From assembly GCA_016214885.1 (NCBI GenBank), contig JACRMP010000025.1, positions 44,025 to 108,024 on the forward strand: DNA of 64,000 nt, in the 5' to 3' direction. A program made the position numbers and the translations under genes. This document shows, piece by piece, positions 61,648 through 64,000 of this stretch. This stretch comes from Candidatus Gottesmanbacteria bacterium. Lineage in GTDB: Bacteria; Patescibacteriota; Microgenomatia; UBA10105; UBA927. Numbering within the stretch: the stretch's first letter is position 1; each line of letters begins with the position of its first letter. The notes under the pieces were generated by a model. The model was not told where the DNA came from, made no database searches, and saw only the letters and a list, made by a program, of their open reading frames with translations.

Positions 61648-63129
61648 ATGGCTGTATTCGGACGTGAATTACTTACTCCATTTTTACGAGGTGTTCAGCC
61701 GTCGCTCCGGCGGACCCCTCAGGAGGCTGTGGATGAATACTGGTCGGCGTATGGTAACGGCATCAACTCCTACGGTGACTGGCTCAACGCACGCGAAAGC
61801 TTCCGGGCACAAACCGGCAATATTCCTGTTCCAATAAGAGGCGGTGGCAGAGCAGCAATGTGGACGGCCGAAAAGATCCTCAAATCAGTCCCTAACGCCC
61901 ATATTGTGCTGTATGACGACGAAGCAGTGTTGGGGGGCATGGCGAGGCGTGCTATATCTTCATTTATTCCGGGACACGTCCCTGCCAAAACAGGGGCGTT
62001 CAGGGATGCGATGAAGTTAGTGACCAGTCCGAGACTGGACATTATTCCCAACACTTCAATTTCGGAATCTGCACTTGTCGGTATGGCCGCCGCTCACCGG
62101 CTGCCTGTTGTCATAGATGCGCCGGGGGCTGTGCCCGCCAGGGGAGCATACCCCTACGGCGAGCGTGTATGGGATATTATGGATCTTGTTAAAAACATCA
62201 ATAGACCGTTTGATGAGGATGGTCATATGGGGAGGGTGCAGGTGCCGGTATCCAGATCATCAAACGGCAGGAGGCTCCCCAAAATCAGTGTTATTGGCGG
62301 AAACACGGGGAGGGACGCGCAGGTTGCCTTCTCGCTTGTAGATACCGTGCGTGACATTGCAGAATTGTTTGGTGTTCCGGTTGAGGAAATTAACGAGGCA
62401 AAAATACTGGAGCACGGTATTACCAAAACCCGGAGCGAACTGGGCTTGTCACCACTTGGTGATCGTTATATATACCGCCGCAGTATCGGTGAAATGTCCG
62501 GGGTGAAAAAGCTTTTCCCAAAAACGGCAAAGCTTGAGAGAGGCAACCCTGAGCTGGCGGCAATTTTGGAAAACGGTATTTTGGGTGTCAATGGATGGCA
62601 GGAAAAAGAAGGCGGACAATTTTTGGGTAATACAGAGCTGGAATTTGTTGAAGACGATGGCGCTAAACTCCGGGCGCGTCTCCGGAATAATGTGAGTCAC
62701 ACCACTGAAGATGTCGATGCGTCACTGGCATTAATCTCAACTGGTTTTACGCCGGGTACGCCCTTCCGGGTGACGGCGGGTGAAGGGGAGACGATGAGCG
62801 TAGATGTCGGCATGAAGGTATCTGGCGGTGGTGATTTAGTATCTACGATGGAGTCAGTGAAGACGGTTGTTCCCGCCGTCATAGAGCGGCTTTCAGCAGT
62901 GGGTGGCGCCTATCCGGACAGCGTATACCGGACGTGGCTTACCGCATTAGGTGAAGCGCAGCATAATGCGGGAGTTGTGGGTGAGGGCGGCACACCCAAA
63001 GATCCGATAGCATTTATGATCGAACACGGCCCACGACACATGACGGATAGGGTGTTTATCGGATTTGCTGAGCAGGATAGTACTTCACAGTCGCTCCCGG
63101 TTCGTATACAGGTGGACGAGCATGTGTGA
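61648..63129 (+). CDS. Hypothetical 493-aa protein (GC-rich; no recognisable domain)
   Basis: A long ORF with strong third-position GC bias. Confidence 0.45.
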   Translation: MAVFGRELLTPFLRGVQPSLRRTPQEAVDEYWSAYGNGINSYGDWLNARESFRAQTGNIPVPIRGGGRAAMWTAEKILKSVPNAHIVLYDDEAVLGGMARRAISSFIPGHVPAKTGAFRDAMKLVTSPRLDIIPNTSISESALVGMAAAHRLPVVIDAPGAVPARGAYPYGERVWDIMDLVKNINRPFDEDGHMGRVQVPVSRSSNGRRLPKISVIGGNTGRDAQVAFSLVDTVRDIAELFGVPVEEINEAKILEHGITKTRSELGLSPLGDRYIYRRSIGEMSGVKKLFPKTAKLERGNPELAAILENGILGVNGWQEKEGGQFLGNTELEFVEDDGAKLRARLRNNVSHTTEDVDASLALISTGFTPGTPFRVTAGEGETMSVDVGMKVSGGGDLVSTMESVKTVVPAVIERLSAVGGAYPDSVYRTWLTALGEAQHNAGVVGEGGTPKDPIAFMIEHGPRHMTDRVFIGFAEQDSTSQSLPVRIQVDEHV

Positions 63130-63167
63130 AGGTAGATTTTTCCGTGTGTGACGGATACAATACCTTC

Positions 63168-64000
63168 ATGAGATCCGTTTCTGTTTCTCCGCGCCTTAGA
63201 TCCGTTCCTTCCAGCCCCATCCGTAAGCTTGTGCCGTTTGCCGTGGCAGCCAAGAAAGAGGGCGTGCATGTCTATCACCTTAACATCGGGGATCCTGATA
63301 TCAAGACTCCCCAGGTTATGCTGGATGTCCTTAAAAACTGGGACAAAAATCCGATAGGCTACGATCAGTCACAGGGTAATCCCGAATTTCTGGAAGCATT
63401 GATTTGGTATTACCACCGGCTTGGTTTTACGTTTGTGAGTCCCAAGCATATCCAGGTGACAAACGGCGGATCAGAAGCTATTTCTATGGCATTATTTGCC
63501 GTATGCGAACCCGGCGATGAAGTGCTTACCTTTGAGCCGTTGTACACCAACTACAATTCCTATGCGGTGGTAAACGGCGTTACCCTGAAAGGTATACTTA
63601 CTTCGTCGGATACGGGATTCCATCTTCCGGACAGATCTGTCGTCGAAGCAGCGGTTACCCCCAAAACGAAGGCAATCTTAATCTGTAATCCCAATAATCC
63701 TACCGGTACGGTCTACACCGAAGAAGAAGTTCGTATGCTGGTTGATATCGCCAAAGACCACGGACTATTCCTGTTGTCTGACGAGGTATACCGCGAATAC
63801 ACTTACGATGGCAGGAAGCATGTGTCACTCCTTAAGTTTATGAGTGAAATACCTGACCGGGCGATTGTATTGGACAGCATGTCCAAGCGTTATAGTCTGT
63901 GCGGGGTTCGTTTGGGTGCGCTGGTGACGCTTAATGACGACGTGCTTAAGGGGATTTTGGCTATCGCTCAGGGAAGATTATCTTCAGGACTCGTCGATCA
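63168..64000 (+). CDS. Class I/II pyridoxal-phosphate aminotransferase (aspartate/aromatic type), 3'-truncated by the window end
   Basis: SPIRKL...HLNIGDPDI N-terminal motif and NPNNPTG. The ORF has no stop before position 64000. Confidence 0.8.
   Translation, partial: MRSVSVSPRLRSVPSSPIRKLVPFAVAAKKEGVHVYHLNIGDPDIKTPQVMLDVLKNWDKNPIGYDQSQGNPEFLEALIWYYHRLGFTFVSPKHIQVTNGGSEAISMALFAVCEPGDEVLTFEPLYTNYNSYAVVNGVTLKGILTSSDTGFHLPDRSVVEAAVTPKTKAILICNPNNPTGTVYTEEEVRMLVDIAKDHGLFLLSDEVYREYTYDGRKHVSLLKFMSEIPDRAIVLDSMSKRYSLCGVRLGALVTLNDDVLKGILAIAQGRLSSGLVD

Overview
This window is a gene-dense stretch of a small, moderate-GC (~50%) bacterial genome. It looks like Patescibacteria/CPR: a 16S rRNA gene with a large internal insertion and no adjacent 23S, a short EF-Ts, an archaeal/eukaryote-type ProRS, heavy reliance on nucleotide salvage enzymes, and many membrane-anchored hypothetical proteins. 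The taxonomic call is an inference, not a database result.

Housekeeping genes on the + strand include topA, dprA, rpsB-tsf-frr-rseP, a T-box-regulated tRNA-binding-protein/proS operon, dnaX-ybaB, rpsU, ybeY, glyA, ahcY, dcd and a thymidylate-synthase-family gene. A glmS-nagB-GT4 operon lies on the - strand behind a candidate glmS ribozyme.

Cell-envelope content includes two PAP2 phosphatases and UppP flanking a large polytopic membrane protein, a tandem array of three membrane-anchored SGNH-hydrolase paralogs (one N-truncated, one split by an in-frame TAA), two convergent YfhO-family GT-C paralogs (one frameshifted) bracketing tRNA-Cys, a TagD-like cytidylyltransferase, an L,D-transpeptidase and a GT2.

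One region stands out. At ~26.8-34.5 kb two divergent cytidylate-kinase-like paralogs with non-canonical Walker A motifs flank a Nudix hydrolase and an acidic EQ-repeat protein. Next to them sits a single-gene low-GC (~35%) island encoding an Mrr-like PD-(D/E)xK nuclease domain fused to a long helical-repeat domain. Immediately downstream are dCTP deaminase and a ThyA-family enzyme carrying unusual N- and C-terminal extensions. A deoxynucleotide-salvage island (dNK, HAD, NDT-like::Tmk fusion, histidine phosphatase, Maf-like) follows at ~40.3-44.8 kb.

No CRISPR array, integrase or transposase was recognised.
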